From: an uncultured bacterium
GTDB lineage: Bacteria > Patescibacteriota > Minisyncoccia > Phycocordibacterales > GCA-2401445
Length of the DNA: 64,000 nt
Assembly: GCA_937952265.1 (NCBI GenBank)
Contig: CALFYW010000016.1
Location: forward strand, 334,661 to 398,660
Direction: 5' to 3'
The notes under the pieces are model-generated. The model was not told the DNA's origin. It worked only from the letters and a program-made list of their open reading frames with translations, and made no database searches. The position numbers and the translations under genes are program-made. This document shows positions 56,299 to 64,000 of the stretch, one piece after another (position 1 is the first letter of the stretch; each line of letters opens with the position of its first letter).

Positions 56299-56898
56299 AT
56301 GCTGAATCATCTAAAGAAAAAAAGCACAAAAATTATTGCGCTCCTTGCTTTCATTTCAGTTTTTCTGGTATTTGTGGTGTGGCTTGAGCGGCTCGTGGTT
56401 CAAAGTGATTTTTTTCAGCAGATGATTTTTTCATACGGGTACTTTGGGATTTTTCTCGCGTCTATTATTAGCGGTTTCAATGTGGTATTTCCGATCCCCA
56501 TGGTTACGTTTGTGCCCATTTTTCTGGCATCGGGGTTAAGCTTTATTCCCGTGTTAGTTACTATTTCTTTGGGGATGACGCTCGGTGATTTTTTGGGTTT
56601 TGGATTAGGAGTGTTGGGAAGTAAGATCTCTCTTTCAAATGCTGAAAGAATAAAAAATCGCCTTTTATGGCTCCGTGATCGATATCGCATCGGCCCACTT
56701 GTGGGACTTTTTTGCTTTGTGGCGTTTACTCCTATTCCCAATGAGGTATTAGTGGTCCCAATGGGTTTTTTGGGATATCGCCTCCGAGTTATCGCTCCTA
56801 TTCTTGTTTTTGGAAACCTTGTTTTTAATAGTATTGCTTATTTTGGATTTTTGAACGTACTTGAAATCGTGCGGCCATTTATCACCACCTTACTCTAG
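56299..56898 (+). CDS. DedA/VTT-domain-like membrane protein, tentative
   Basis: YGYFGIFLASIISGFNVVFPIPMVTFVPI... resembles the DedA core. Confidence 0.45.
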   Translation: MLNHLKKKSTKIIALLAFISVFLVFVVWLERLVVQSDFFQQMIFSYGYFGIFLASIISGFNVVFPIPMVTFVPIFLASGLSFIPVLVTISLGMTLGDFLGFGLGVLGSKISLSNAERIKNRLLWLRDRYRIGPLVGLFCFVAFTPIPNEVLVVPMGFLGYRLRVIAPILVFGNLVFNSIAYFGFLNVLEIVRPFITTLL

Positions 56899-56965
56899 AT
56901 AGAGGGTATCAGGACGCGCTATACTTACCTTATTATGTGTTTTTAATAATTCTCTATTATATTCT

Positions 56966-57406
56966 ATGACACTCCTACAACGTCTTACGCTTTTAACACT
57001 TCGTCTCTCCCTTGGCTTCTTGATGTTTTATGCTGGCATTACGAAAGTATTAAATCCTATGTGGTCAGCAGAAGGGTATCTTGCTAATGCAAAAACTTTC
57101 TCCGGATTATATCAATGGTTCAGTAACCCGGAGATTCTTCCAGTGGTGAATTTCTTAAATGAATGGGGACTCACCTTAATCGGCGTTACCTTGATGCTCG
57201 GTGTGTTTGTGCGTTTAAGTGCTTTTCTGGGCGCGCTTATGATGCTTCTCTATTATTTCCCTATTTTAGATTTTCCATTTCCAAACGCCCATGCGTACCT
57301 TATTGATGAACATATTATCTATTTCCTTGCATTTTTGGTGTTGGCATTTTTCAACGCAGGACGCGTTTGGGGAATTGAAGGGTTGCGGGGAACGCATGAC
57401 GCGTAG
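56966..57406 (+). CDS. DoxX-family membrane protein
   Basis: ...RLSLGFLMFYAGITKV... with four TM segments is typical of DoxX. Confidence 0.7.
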   Translation: MTLLQRLTLLTLRLSLGFLMFYAGITKVLNPMWSAEGYLANAKTFSGLYQWFSNPEILPVVNFLNEWGLTLIGVTLMLGVFVRLSAFLGALMMLLYYFPILDFPFPNAHAYLIDEHIIYFLAFLVLAFFNAGRVWGIEGLRGTHDA

Positions 57407-57462
57407 TTCTCCTCATTCTTTGGTCTATTTTGGTTCGACCGTATCAGTGTTAGAATAGTGCC

Positions 57463-58509
57463 ATGCATACTCGTAGCAGTGAAAATCGGTTTCAGTTTTA
57501 CCTCTTCCTCATCCTTTTTGGAGGAGTCTCTTTGTTGACGTTCTTTATCTTCAAGCCCTTTTTGACGGTTCTCTTTCTTGCGTTTATTCTTGCGGTAGTA
57601 CTCTATCCGGTTTATAAGAGGATTCTCCGTTGGGTGGGGCGTCCAACGATTGCCGCGCTTTTGGTTATTCTAATTACTGTCGCGGTGATTGTAGGTCCCC
57701 TTGCCGCAATTGGTATTCAAGTATTTAATGAGATCGGCAACACCTATCTCTCGATCGTAAGTGCTCCTGAAGGGGATCGGTTACTTGGAGACGCGACCCG
57801 ATATATCGAAAGACCAATTCAGGTCATTTTTCCTGATTTTTCTCTTGATCTTCGGTATTATCTCGAGGACCTCCTTGGTTGGATGATTGATAATATTGGG
57901 CCGATATTTTCTCGTACCGCCCAAGTGGTTTTAAGTACCATCTTTACCATTATTGGACTTTTCTTTTTCTTGCGTGACGGCACGTATCTGCGGGATGCGT
58001 TAATTCGTATGAGCCCACTAGGAACTGCCCGGGATATGATCGTGATTAAAAATCTTCAAAAGAGTATCCGCTCCGTGGTGGCCGGATCAGTGCTAGTCGC
58101 AATGGTACAGAGTATTCTGGTTGGCATTGGTCTTGCCATTTTTGGTGTTCCTAATCCGACTCTCTGGGGAACCTTCGCGCTATTTACCGCTTTCATTCCT
58201 GGGGTTGGAACCAGTTTGGTGTTAGCGCCCGCGGTGATCTACCTTATCGCCATGGGGCACCTCCTCTCCGGGTTAGGTCTCTTAGTATGGGGAATACTTC
58301 TCGTTGGACTTGCCGATAATATTTTAATCCCATTATTTTACGGAAGGGATGTGCCGGTTCATCCGCTCTTTATTTTATTCTCGGTATTAGGAGGGTTATT
58401 GTTTTTTGGTCCAATTGGATTTCTCTTTGGCCCGATTATTGTGAGCCTCTTTGTGAGTTTGCTTGAAATATACCAAGTTCTGATAAAAGGCGAAAATGAA
58501 CGCTTATGA
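57463..58509 (+). CDS. AI-2E family (UPF0118, PerM-like) transporter
   Basis: Eight predicted TM helices with the characteristic ...GLADNILIPLFYGR... segment. Confidence 0.8.
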   Translation: MHTRSSENRFQFYLFLILFGGVSLLTFFIFKPFLTVLFLAFILAVVLYPVYKRILRWVGRPTIAALLVILITVAVIVGPLAAIGIQVFNEIGNTYLSIVSAPEGDRLLGDATRYIERPIQVIFPDFSLDLRYYLEDLLGWMIDNIGPIFSRTAQVVLSTIFTIIGLFFFLRDGTYLRDALIRMSPLGTARDMIVIKNLQKSIRSVVAGSVLVAMVQSILVGIGLAIFGVPNPTLWGTFALFTAFIPGVGTSLVLAPAVIYLIAMGHLLSGLGLLVWGILLVGLADNILIPLFYGRDVPVHPLFILFSVLGGLLFFGPIGFLFGPIIVSLFVSLLEIYQVLIKGENERL

Positions 58510-59042
58510 AATTCTTTTTTGCATTAATTATCCTGTTTTTAATCAGTATGAGCGTGTTTGTGTTTGATGCGTGGCCACGACAGGGCGCTTCAGCAATCGC
58601 CTCATTTGAACATTGTGTTAATCAAGGATTCCCAGTTTTTGGGGGAAATACTTCGGAATGTCGCACTGATGGCGGGGAAGTCTTTTTTGGTCACGGGGAT
58701 CAGATTCGAGTAATTGAACCGCAAGCTGATACCGTGATCTCAAGTCCGATTACCGTGATAGGTGAAGCGCCAGCATCTTGGTTTTCGAATGGGCGTATAC
58801 CACTTCGATTAGTTGCCACAGGTACGGAAGACTATATTACAGAAGGTTATGTTGAGGCGATCGGTGAAGTTTCAAATACAGCACTTACTCCGTTCCGGGG
58901 AGTGCTTCTTTTTAGTTCCCCGAGTTCAACCAAAGTAACACTCGTTCTTGAGCATATTACTGAGACGAAATCCCCTCATCATTTGAGAGATAGTGTATCG
59001 GTCCCACTCTTTTTGGATGGGAGCGTTAACATGGTAAACTAG
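58506..59042 (+). CDS. Secreted protein with a Gmad2-like Ig domain, tentative
   Basis: Signal/TM, then ...ITVIGEAPASWFSNGRIPLRLV...GYVEAIGE...PFRGVLLF. Confidence 0.4.
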   Translation: MKFFFALIILFLISMSVFVFDAWPRQGASAIASFEHCVNQGFPVFGGNTSECRTDGGEVFFGHGDQIRVIEPQADTVISSPITVIGEAPASWFSNGRIPLRLVATGTEDYITEGYVEAIGEVSNTALTPFRGVLLFSSPSSTKVTLVLEHITETKSPHHLRDSVSVPLFLDGSVNMVN

Positions 59043-59082
59043 AGTGAGTGTTTACTAGTGTGCGTATAACTAATTATTACAT

Positions 59083-59262
59083 ATGGAACATTATGTTTGT
59101 GAAGGGTGCCAAGGGGCTTCAGATACCGCAGGTGTATGCACAACTCCTGCATGTGAGAATCAGGGGAAAGACCTCGGTGCGTGTAATTGTGAGGGAGGCA
59201 CTGCTTCTCATGGAAAAGAAAGTACCGATTCTTCCGCTGGAGGAGATACGCCAGCGATGTAA
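59083..59262 (+). CDS. Possible Cys-rich small protein (59 aa), unverified
   Basis: Hand-translated: MEHYVCEGCQGASDTAGVCTTPACENQGKDLGACNCEGGTASHGKESTDSSAGGDTPAM (CxxC..CxxxxC..CxC). No clear RBS. Ends 2 nt before the glutaredoxin-like gene. Confidence 0.2.
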   Translation: MEHYVCEGCQGASDTAGVCTTPACENQGKDLGACNCEGGTASHGKESTDSSAGGDTPAM

Positions 59263-59264
59263 TT

Positions 59265-59513
59265 ATGCGTATTATCATTTATACGAAGACAGGATGCCTG
59301 TGGTGTCGGGATGCGCTCCTCATGTTGAATGAGCGCAACGCTTCATATGAAGAAAGAAATGTAACCGAGAATCAAGCGTATTATCAAGAACTGGTTGAAA
59401 AATCAGGACAAGACAAAACACCGACCGTAGATATTGACGGTGTTATTCTCAAAGATTCGGATGCTCAAGAAATCAAGGCGTACCTCGATAAAACAGAAGG
59501 AGCATCCTCCTAG
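59265..59513 (+). CDS. Glutaredoxin-family (NrdH/Grx-like) protein
   Basis: MRIIIYTKTGCLWCRDA... has a CxxC in the thioredoxin-fold N-terminus. Confidence 0.7.
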   Translation: MRIIIYTKTGCLWCRDALLMLNERNASYEERNVTENQAYYQELVEKSGQDKTPTVDIDGVILKDSDAQEIKAYLDKTEGASS

Positions 59514-59514
59514 G

Positions 59515-60153
59515 GTGCTCAAAAGGGGTGATGCCAAAACTAAGAGACGTGCGCGGGCACTCCTTTCACGAATGAAGAAGAGCGTTCCTGATGCTCGTAT
59601 GATTTTGCGTTATAGTAACCCGTGGGAGCTTTTGGTTGCGGTTATGCTTTCTGCTCAATGTACTGATAAAAGAGTTAATCAGGTAACCGCTTCCTTGTTC
59701 AAAAAGTATCGAACCCTCGAAGATTATGCGAATGCCTCGATTCGGGTATTTGAGCGAGACATTAAGTCAACGGGATTTTATCGAATGAAGGCAAAACATA
59801 TTATTGCTACCGCAATACTGATTCGCGATACCCACGGAGGAGTCGTTCCTCGCCGGATGGAGGATCTCATTCGGCTACCTGGAGTTGCTCGTAAAACCGC
59901 AAATGTGGTTTTGGGTAATGCGTATGGAATTGTTGAGGGGATTGCTGTCGACACGCACGTACGTCGCCTTGCGCGTGTATTTGAATTAACGGATGAGCAT
60001 AATCCTGATAAAATAGAGAAAGACTTGATGGCGCTTTTCCCCCGCACCGCATGGTTTCCACTCACCTATTATTTCATTGAATTTGGTCGTCGTTTTTGCC
60101 CCGCGCGGGCACACGATCATGCGTCGTGTCGGGATCGTCTGGGTTTAGCATAG
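59515..60153 (+). CDS. nth: Endonuclease III
   Basis: PWELLVAVMLSAQCTD..., an HhH-GPD region (LPGVARKTANVVL...DTHVRRL) and the C-terminal FCPARAHDHASC (4Fe-4S loop). A GTG start at 59515 lies 12 nt after AAGGAG. Confidence 0.85.
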   Translation: MLKRGDAKTKRRARALLSRMKKSVPDARMILRYSNPWELLVAVMLSAQCTDKRVNQVTASLFKKYRTLEDYANASIRVFERDIKSTGFYRMKAKHIIATAILIRDTHGGVVPRRMEDLIRLPGVARKTANVVLGNAYGIVEGIAVDTHVRRLARVFELTDEHNPDKIEKDLMALFPRTAWFPLTYYFIEFGRRFCPARAHDHASCRDRLGLA

Positions 60154-60167
60154 TAACGCTTTTTATT

Positions 60168-60629
60168 ATGAGATTATCTTATATTACGATTCCACTTTTT
60201 GTGCTCGCGATTGCGCTTCTCGGGAATACCTTCACAGTGCCGGGGCTTGTGTGGTTTGACTCCTTAGTCTTGCCAGCATATACCCCTCCGTCTTGGGTGT
60301 TCGGATTTGCGTGGAGTATTATTTATATCCTCGCGACCATCGGAGCAATTTTATTATGGAAAAGTACACCACGAGATCCACTATGGCAGCATTTGGGGCT
60401 CCTGCTTGTGTTTAATGGATTTTTGAACATTTTTTGGACTGAATTGTTTTTTTACCACCATCTCATTCTCCAGTCATTGATTGAAATGGTCGCGCTTAAC
60501 CTAATTACCCTGATTATTATCCTTTTGGGATGGAAGCGATCTCGCACCGCGTCTCTTTTGTTCGTTCCTTATTTCTTGTGGGTATCATTTGCAACCTATC
60601 TGACGTACGGCATTCTTATGCTTAATTAA
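60168..60629 (+). CDS. TspO/MBR-family (tryptophan-rich sensory) membrane protein
   Basis: Five TM helices, Trp-rich; ...PSWVFGFAWSIIY...FLNIFWTELFF... Confidence 0.7.
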   Translation: MRLSYITIPLFVLAIALLGNTFTVPGLVWFDSLVLPAYTPPSWVFGFAWSIIYILATIGAILLWKSTPRDPLWQHLGLLLVFNGFLNIFWTELFFYHHLILQSLIEMVALNLITLIIILLGWKRSRTASLLFVPYFLWVSFATYLTYGILMLN

Positions 60630-60640
60630 GACTAAGGTTT

Positions 60641-61462
60641 ATGCAGAAGCGCTCCTTGTCTCGTATATCAGAGTTTCAAGACGCGGTTTATCAACATGAC
60701 CGAATGTATCGCCGTAGGTTTCCGTGGCGAGAAACACGAGACCCGTATCATATTTGGGTTTCGGAGATGATGCTTCAACAGACACAAGCAGATCGGGTAG
60801 TAAAAAAATACGATGAATTTTTGCACACGTTTCCTACGGTCGATACGCTTGCGCGTGCTTCGCAGAAGCATGTCCTAAAACGCTGGCAAGGACTTGGGTA
60901 CAATCGGCGTGCCATGTTATTGCATCGTGCAAGCAAGGTAGTTTCTCGTACCTACAAAGGGTTGTTACCGAGCTCAATTGAGGAGCTTGAAGCACTGCCA
61001 GGGATTGGCCCTTATACGGCTCGCGCAATTTTAACTTTTGCGTTTAATATTCCCGTGGTACTGATCGAGACCAATATCCGTACCGCGTTTATCCATCATT
61101 TTTTTTCGAAGACAAAGAAAAAAATTAATGACCGAGAAATTCTTCCATACATTGAAGTAGCTATTGATACAAAAAAACCAGCTTATTGGTATGGAGCACT
61201 TATGGATTATGGGGCGATGATTAAACGAACAAGGGTTAATCCAGGGAGACGAAGCACGCACCATGTGAAGCAGTCTTCTTTTTTGGGTTCTAATCGGCAG
61301 TTGCGTGGAAAAATTCTTCGTATAACCTTACGGTCAAAACAAACGCTTGATGATCTTATTCATGAGTGTTCCGCTTTTTCTTCGAAGCAAGTTGAAGATA
61401 CGGTATCGAGGCTATCTCATGAGGGTATGATTCGACAGCAGGGAAGATATTTTTTAGTATAA
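60641..61462 (+). CDS. HhH-GPD glycosylase of the MutY N-terminal-domain type, without the Fe-S cluster cysteines; C-terminal wH-like tail
   Basis: ...RRFPWRETRDPYHIWVSEMMLQQTQADRV...WQGLGYNRRA...LPGIGPYTARAIL... matches the MutY catalytic domain. No Cys residues follow the HhH-GPD region. Confidence 0.65.
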   Translation: MQKRSLSRISEFQDAVYQHDRMYRRRFPWRETRDPYHIWVSEMMLQQTQADRVVKKYDEFLHTFPTVDTLARASQKHVLKRWQGLGYNRRAMLLHRASKVVSRTYKGLLPSSIEELEALPGIGPYTARAILTFAFNIPVVLIETNIRTAFIHHFFSKTKKKINDREILPYIEVAIDTKKPAYWYGALMDYGAMIKRTRVNPGRRSTHHVKQSSFLGSNRQLRGKILRITLRSKQTLDDLIHECSAFSSKQVEDTVSRLSHEGMIRQQGRYFLV

Positions 61463-61615
61463 ATAAATCGTTATGAAAAAACATTCGAAAATAGGCAAAC
61501 GTCCAGGAGCTCCAACATATCGAACCTCTTCGCAATTCAAGAGTTCGGCCTGGTTAAAGAACCAACATGCGCGTGCGCACAATCCGCATGTTTTTCGGCA
61601 GAAACGGCCTGGGGG

Positions 61616-62806
61616 CTAGTGAGTGTCTTTGATTCTCGCGCTGTAATAGATACCGAAGGTTATGAGAATGATCCCGAGAATTGAAAACAGGTATGAAAAC
61701 GGCAGGAAGATAAGTATGAGGCTTCCAATGACGGGAGCGACCACAAATGCAAGTGGTCTGGCAATACGAAAGAACGCAATTAAGTCAGAGTCGTGCTGTG
61801 TTACTTGTTTGAAGAAGTAGCTTTCGGACATAATCTCAATGGCGCTTGCGCCAATACGGGTGACAAATAGAAGCACAGACCACAAGAGAAAATCCTTTGA
61901 AGGAATGAGTGATAATGTAATACTAAAAATTCCGGCGATAATAAAACCGATGATCAGAAGTTCTTTTTCCCCTAGTTTTTTGTCGGCGATTTTTCCAAGG
62001 GGAATTTCTAAAAGTACAAATGGAAGGAGCATAATTGCAAACATGATACCGATTTCTTTCCATGAAAAAAGTAGGTGCTCGTAGAGATAAATAGGGAGAT
62101 AAATGACCATCCATGCGTAGAAGAAGTGTAGGAAAAAATTGACGAAGAAAATGTGATGGCAATTAGAATTTTTCCAAAAGAGTTTTGTGGTCTCTATGAT
62201 TGCGATTCGATCATAGGATTCTTTTTTAAATTTTCTAAAGGTGGTAAATACAATAATAAAAAGGGGTATAAGGAAAAGCGCCGAAAGTAGGTATATCTTC
62301 CAAAAATCTCCATTAGTAAGAATTAACCCAACGATAAGAGGGGCGATGACAAACGCGGTATTGATGACAGTCAAAAAGATTCCGCGAGTATTACCAGTTG
62401 TGGCATCTTCAGAGAGGCTTTCAAGGAAAAGATCGAGATTATAGAGGAGGAGTGGAGCAATGACGAGATGTGCAATAAAAAGGGGGATGATAATAAGAAA
62501 TTGTGTACTAAATGCTAATCCTAAAAGAACTCCTATTTCAAGCACCGTAAGGATCAACATGAGTCGATAATTACCGATTCTTTTAAGGATGCGGGCAATG
62601 TTGAGAAAAGTAACGATCATACCTATTGATCCGGCGGTATAAAGCAGCCCCACTACTTTTTCGGTAGTAAAAGTATCAAGAAATGTTGAGTTGATGTAGA
62701 CAACAAGAACGTAGTGGAGTGAGAGGAGGAGTGTGACAAAATAGATTGCACGAAAGAGCCCGCGATTTTTAGAGATCTTGTGGTGAGTCCTGGTGAGATA
62801 GTACAT
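61616..62806 (-). CDS. MFS transporter
   Basis: Twelve predicted TM helices in a 6+6 arrangement. 396 aa. Confidence 0.7.
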   Translation of the reverse strand: MYYLTRTHHKISKNRGLFRAIYFVTLLLSLHYVLVVYINSTFLDTFTTEKVVGLLYTAGSIGMIVTFLNIARILKRIGNYRLMLILTVLEIGVLLGLAFSTQFLIIIPLFIAHLVIAPLLLYNLDLFLESLSEDATTGNTRGIFLTVINTAFVIAPLIVGLILTNGDFWKIYLLSALFLIPLFIIVFTTFRKFKKESYDRIAIIETTKLFWKNSNCHHIFFVNFFLHFFYAWMVIYLPIYLYEHLLFSWKEIGIMFAIMLLPFVLLEIPLGKIADKKLGEKELLIIGFIIAGIFSITLSLIPSKDFLLWSVLLFVTRIGASAIEIMSESYFFKQVTQHDSDLIAFFRIARPLAFVVAPVIGSLILIFLPFSYLFSILGIILITFGIYYSARIKDTH

Positions 62807-62809
62807 ATG

Positions 62810-64000
62810 CTATACTCCCAATAATACCGGAATTACAATCGGATGTTTATTTGTCTTTTGGAAAAGAAATTTCCCAACCGCGTCAGTCACTACACCTCGT
62901 ATGTAATCAAAGTTAAGCGGGTTCATTCCTACCGCGGAATCTTCAACAGTCTTTTTAATAATGATACGTGTCTGATGTAGAAGCTCTTGTGATTCACGTA
63001 AGTATACAAAGCCTCGGGAAATGATGTCGGGAGATTTTCGGAGTTTTCCTGTTTTGGTATTGATAGTCGCAATAATGACAAACATGCCGTCTTTTGCGAG
63101 AAGTTGGCGGTCTCGTATGACGACATCCTGCATTCCTCCAACCGCAAACCCATCAACCATCACAATACCGTTTCCAGCTTTTTCTTTTCTGACCATAATT
63201 TTTTGGCCCTGATCAGTGATCTCGATGATAGATCCATTGTCTGGGACTATCGTGTGGGATTCAGGCATACCTAGTGTGTGCGCAAGTTCTGCGTGCAAGC
63301 GGAGACGATAATGATTTCCGTGAACGGGGATGAAGAATTTTGGTTTGATTTTTTTATGGAGCCATTCCAATTCTCCTCGATTTCCGTGACCAGTTGAGTG
63401 GATATACACTTCTGATGTTCGGTAATGAATGATTTTTGCACCCTGCCGAGCGATGTTGTCTTTCAATTTTTCTACCGTTTTTTCATTACCAGGGATAATA
63501 GATGAGGAGAGTAAGACCGTATCCTGTTTTGTGAGGCGAAGCATTTTGTGGGATTTTGTTGCAATACGCATTAATGCTGCGAATTCTTCTCCTTGAGCTC
63601 CTGTGGCGAGAATGACAATTCTCTCAGGAGGATAATCAGATGCTTCCTGTGCGCTGATAATCGTCCCTTTTTTGGTTTTAAACATTCCTGCCTGTGATGC
63701 GATCTCAAGATTTACCTTCATGCTCCTGCCCTCGATAACAATTTTTTTCTTTGAATTTTCGGCAATCTCGATGATTTTCATTAGTCGTTGGAGCTGTGAT
63801 GCAAAGGTGCCAATAATGAGACGGCCTTTGATGTTTTTTATGATCTCCTCAAGATTTTTATGCACTTCTTCTTCGGGGGTTGAAAATCCAGGATTTTCAA
63901 CATTTGTTGAATCGGCAAGTAAGAGAAGCACTTTCTCTTTTTCAAAGATGGCATATGCGTTTTCTTCGTCCTCGTGTGGAACTCCGTCGGTGTGGCGAAG
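62810..64000 (-). CDS. rnj: Ribonuclease J (beta-CASP/MBL), C-terminal part; gene continues beyond the window end
   Basis: ...SGHGNRGELEWL..., the PVHGNHY motif typical of beta-CASP family nucleases, and the RNase J C-terminal domain. The frame stays open to position 64000. Confidence 0.8.
   Translation of the reverse strand, partial: LRHTDGVPHEDEENAYAIFEKEKVLLLLADSTNVENPGFSTPEEEVHKNLEEIIKNIKGRLIIGTFASQLQRLMKIIEIAENSKKKIVIEGRSMKVNLEIASQAGMFKTKKGTIISAQEASDYPPERIVILATGAQGEEFAALMRIATKSHKMLRLTKQDTVLLSSSIIPGNEKTVEKLKDNIARQGAKIIHYRTSEVYIHSTGHGNRGELEWLHKKIKPKFFIPVHGNHYRLRLHAELAHTLGMPESHTIVPDNGSIIEITDQGQKIMVRKEKAGNGIVMVDGFAVGGMQDVVIRDRQLLAKDGMFVIIATINTKTGKLRKSPDIISRGFVYLRESQELLHQTRIIIKKTVEDSAVGMNPLNFDYIRGVVTDAVGKFLFQKTNKHPIVIPVLLGV

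Noticed and set aside
61473-61619. 48-aa highly basic ORF (MKKHSKIGKRPGAPTYRTSSQFKSSAWLKNQHARAHNPHVFRQKRPGG) between the mutY-like and MFS genes
   Set aside because: No ribosome-binding site and no match to a ribosomal or other small-protein family I recognise. It overlaps the MFS gene stop. It could be real but is unsupported.
1-64000. CRISPR arrays, rRNA genes, transposases and integrases
   Set aside because: No array of short direct repeats with unique spacers was found. No rRNA-like conserved stretches, and no transposase or recombinase motifs (DDE, tyrosine/serine recombinase) were seen in any frame.

Overview
This 64 kb window looks like part of a small, compact bacterial genome with a CPR/Patescibacteria-like gene repertoire: short IF-2, minimal Rel, many Gmad2 Ig-domain and VirB2/TrbC-like pilin proteins, MBL-fold and secreted hypothetical proteins. 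The lineage call is inference only. The housekeeping backbone is clearly recognisable from the translated ORFs: ftsZ (partial), ftsA, ybeY, rpsU, hisS, lepB, pth, rpsA, gyrA, rbfA, infB, cysteine desulfurase, clpB, rpmG, miaA, parB, relA/spoT, topA, dprA, serS, dus, dnaX, uppP, nth, a mutY-like glycosylase and RNase J (partial). Ten tRNA genes were found by hand-folding: Leu-CAG, Leu-TAG, Lys-CTT, Leu-TAA, Cys-GCA, Tyr-GTA, Trp-CCA, Leu-CAA and Gln-TTG, plus a tRNA-like element; five of them sit in one minus-strand cluster. The most striking accessory region is a plus-strand operon at 9804..13468: a SAM methyltransferase, a solute-binding-protein-like gene, and five tandem paralogous small proteins with the two-helix VirB2/TrbC (T4SS-pilin-like) architecture. 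Convergent on it are two tandem paralogous membrane-anchored proteins of unknown function, an SPFH protein and a stand-alone CheY-like receiver. Next comes a tRNA cluster that carries duplicated tRNA 3'-end remnants and a ~150-nt structured element with a tRNA-like acceptor/T helix plus CCA. Other notable items are an ArsR-headed thiol-disulfide operon (DUF3179, DsbA-like, TlpA-like, CcdA), an MBL-hydrolase/cupredoxin fusion, an apparently inactive HtrA-like domain protein, AT-rich probably foreign segments (a Mta/TipA-like MerR regulator and a hypothetical protein flanked by nested inverted repeats), and a candidate structured RNA immediately upstream of dnaX. No CRISPR array, rRNA or obvious transposase/integrase gene was seen. 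Hand-computed coordinates (tRNAs, terminators, small ORFs) may be off by 1-2 nt.
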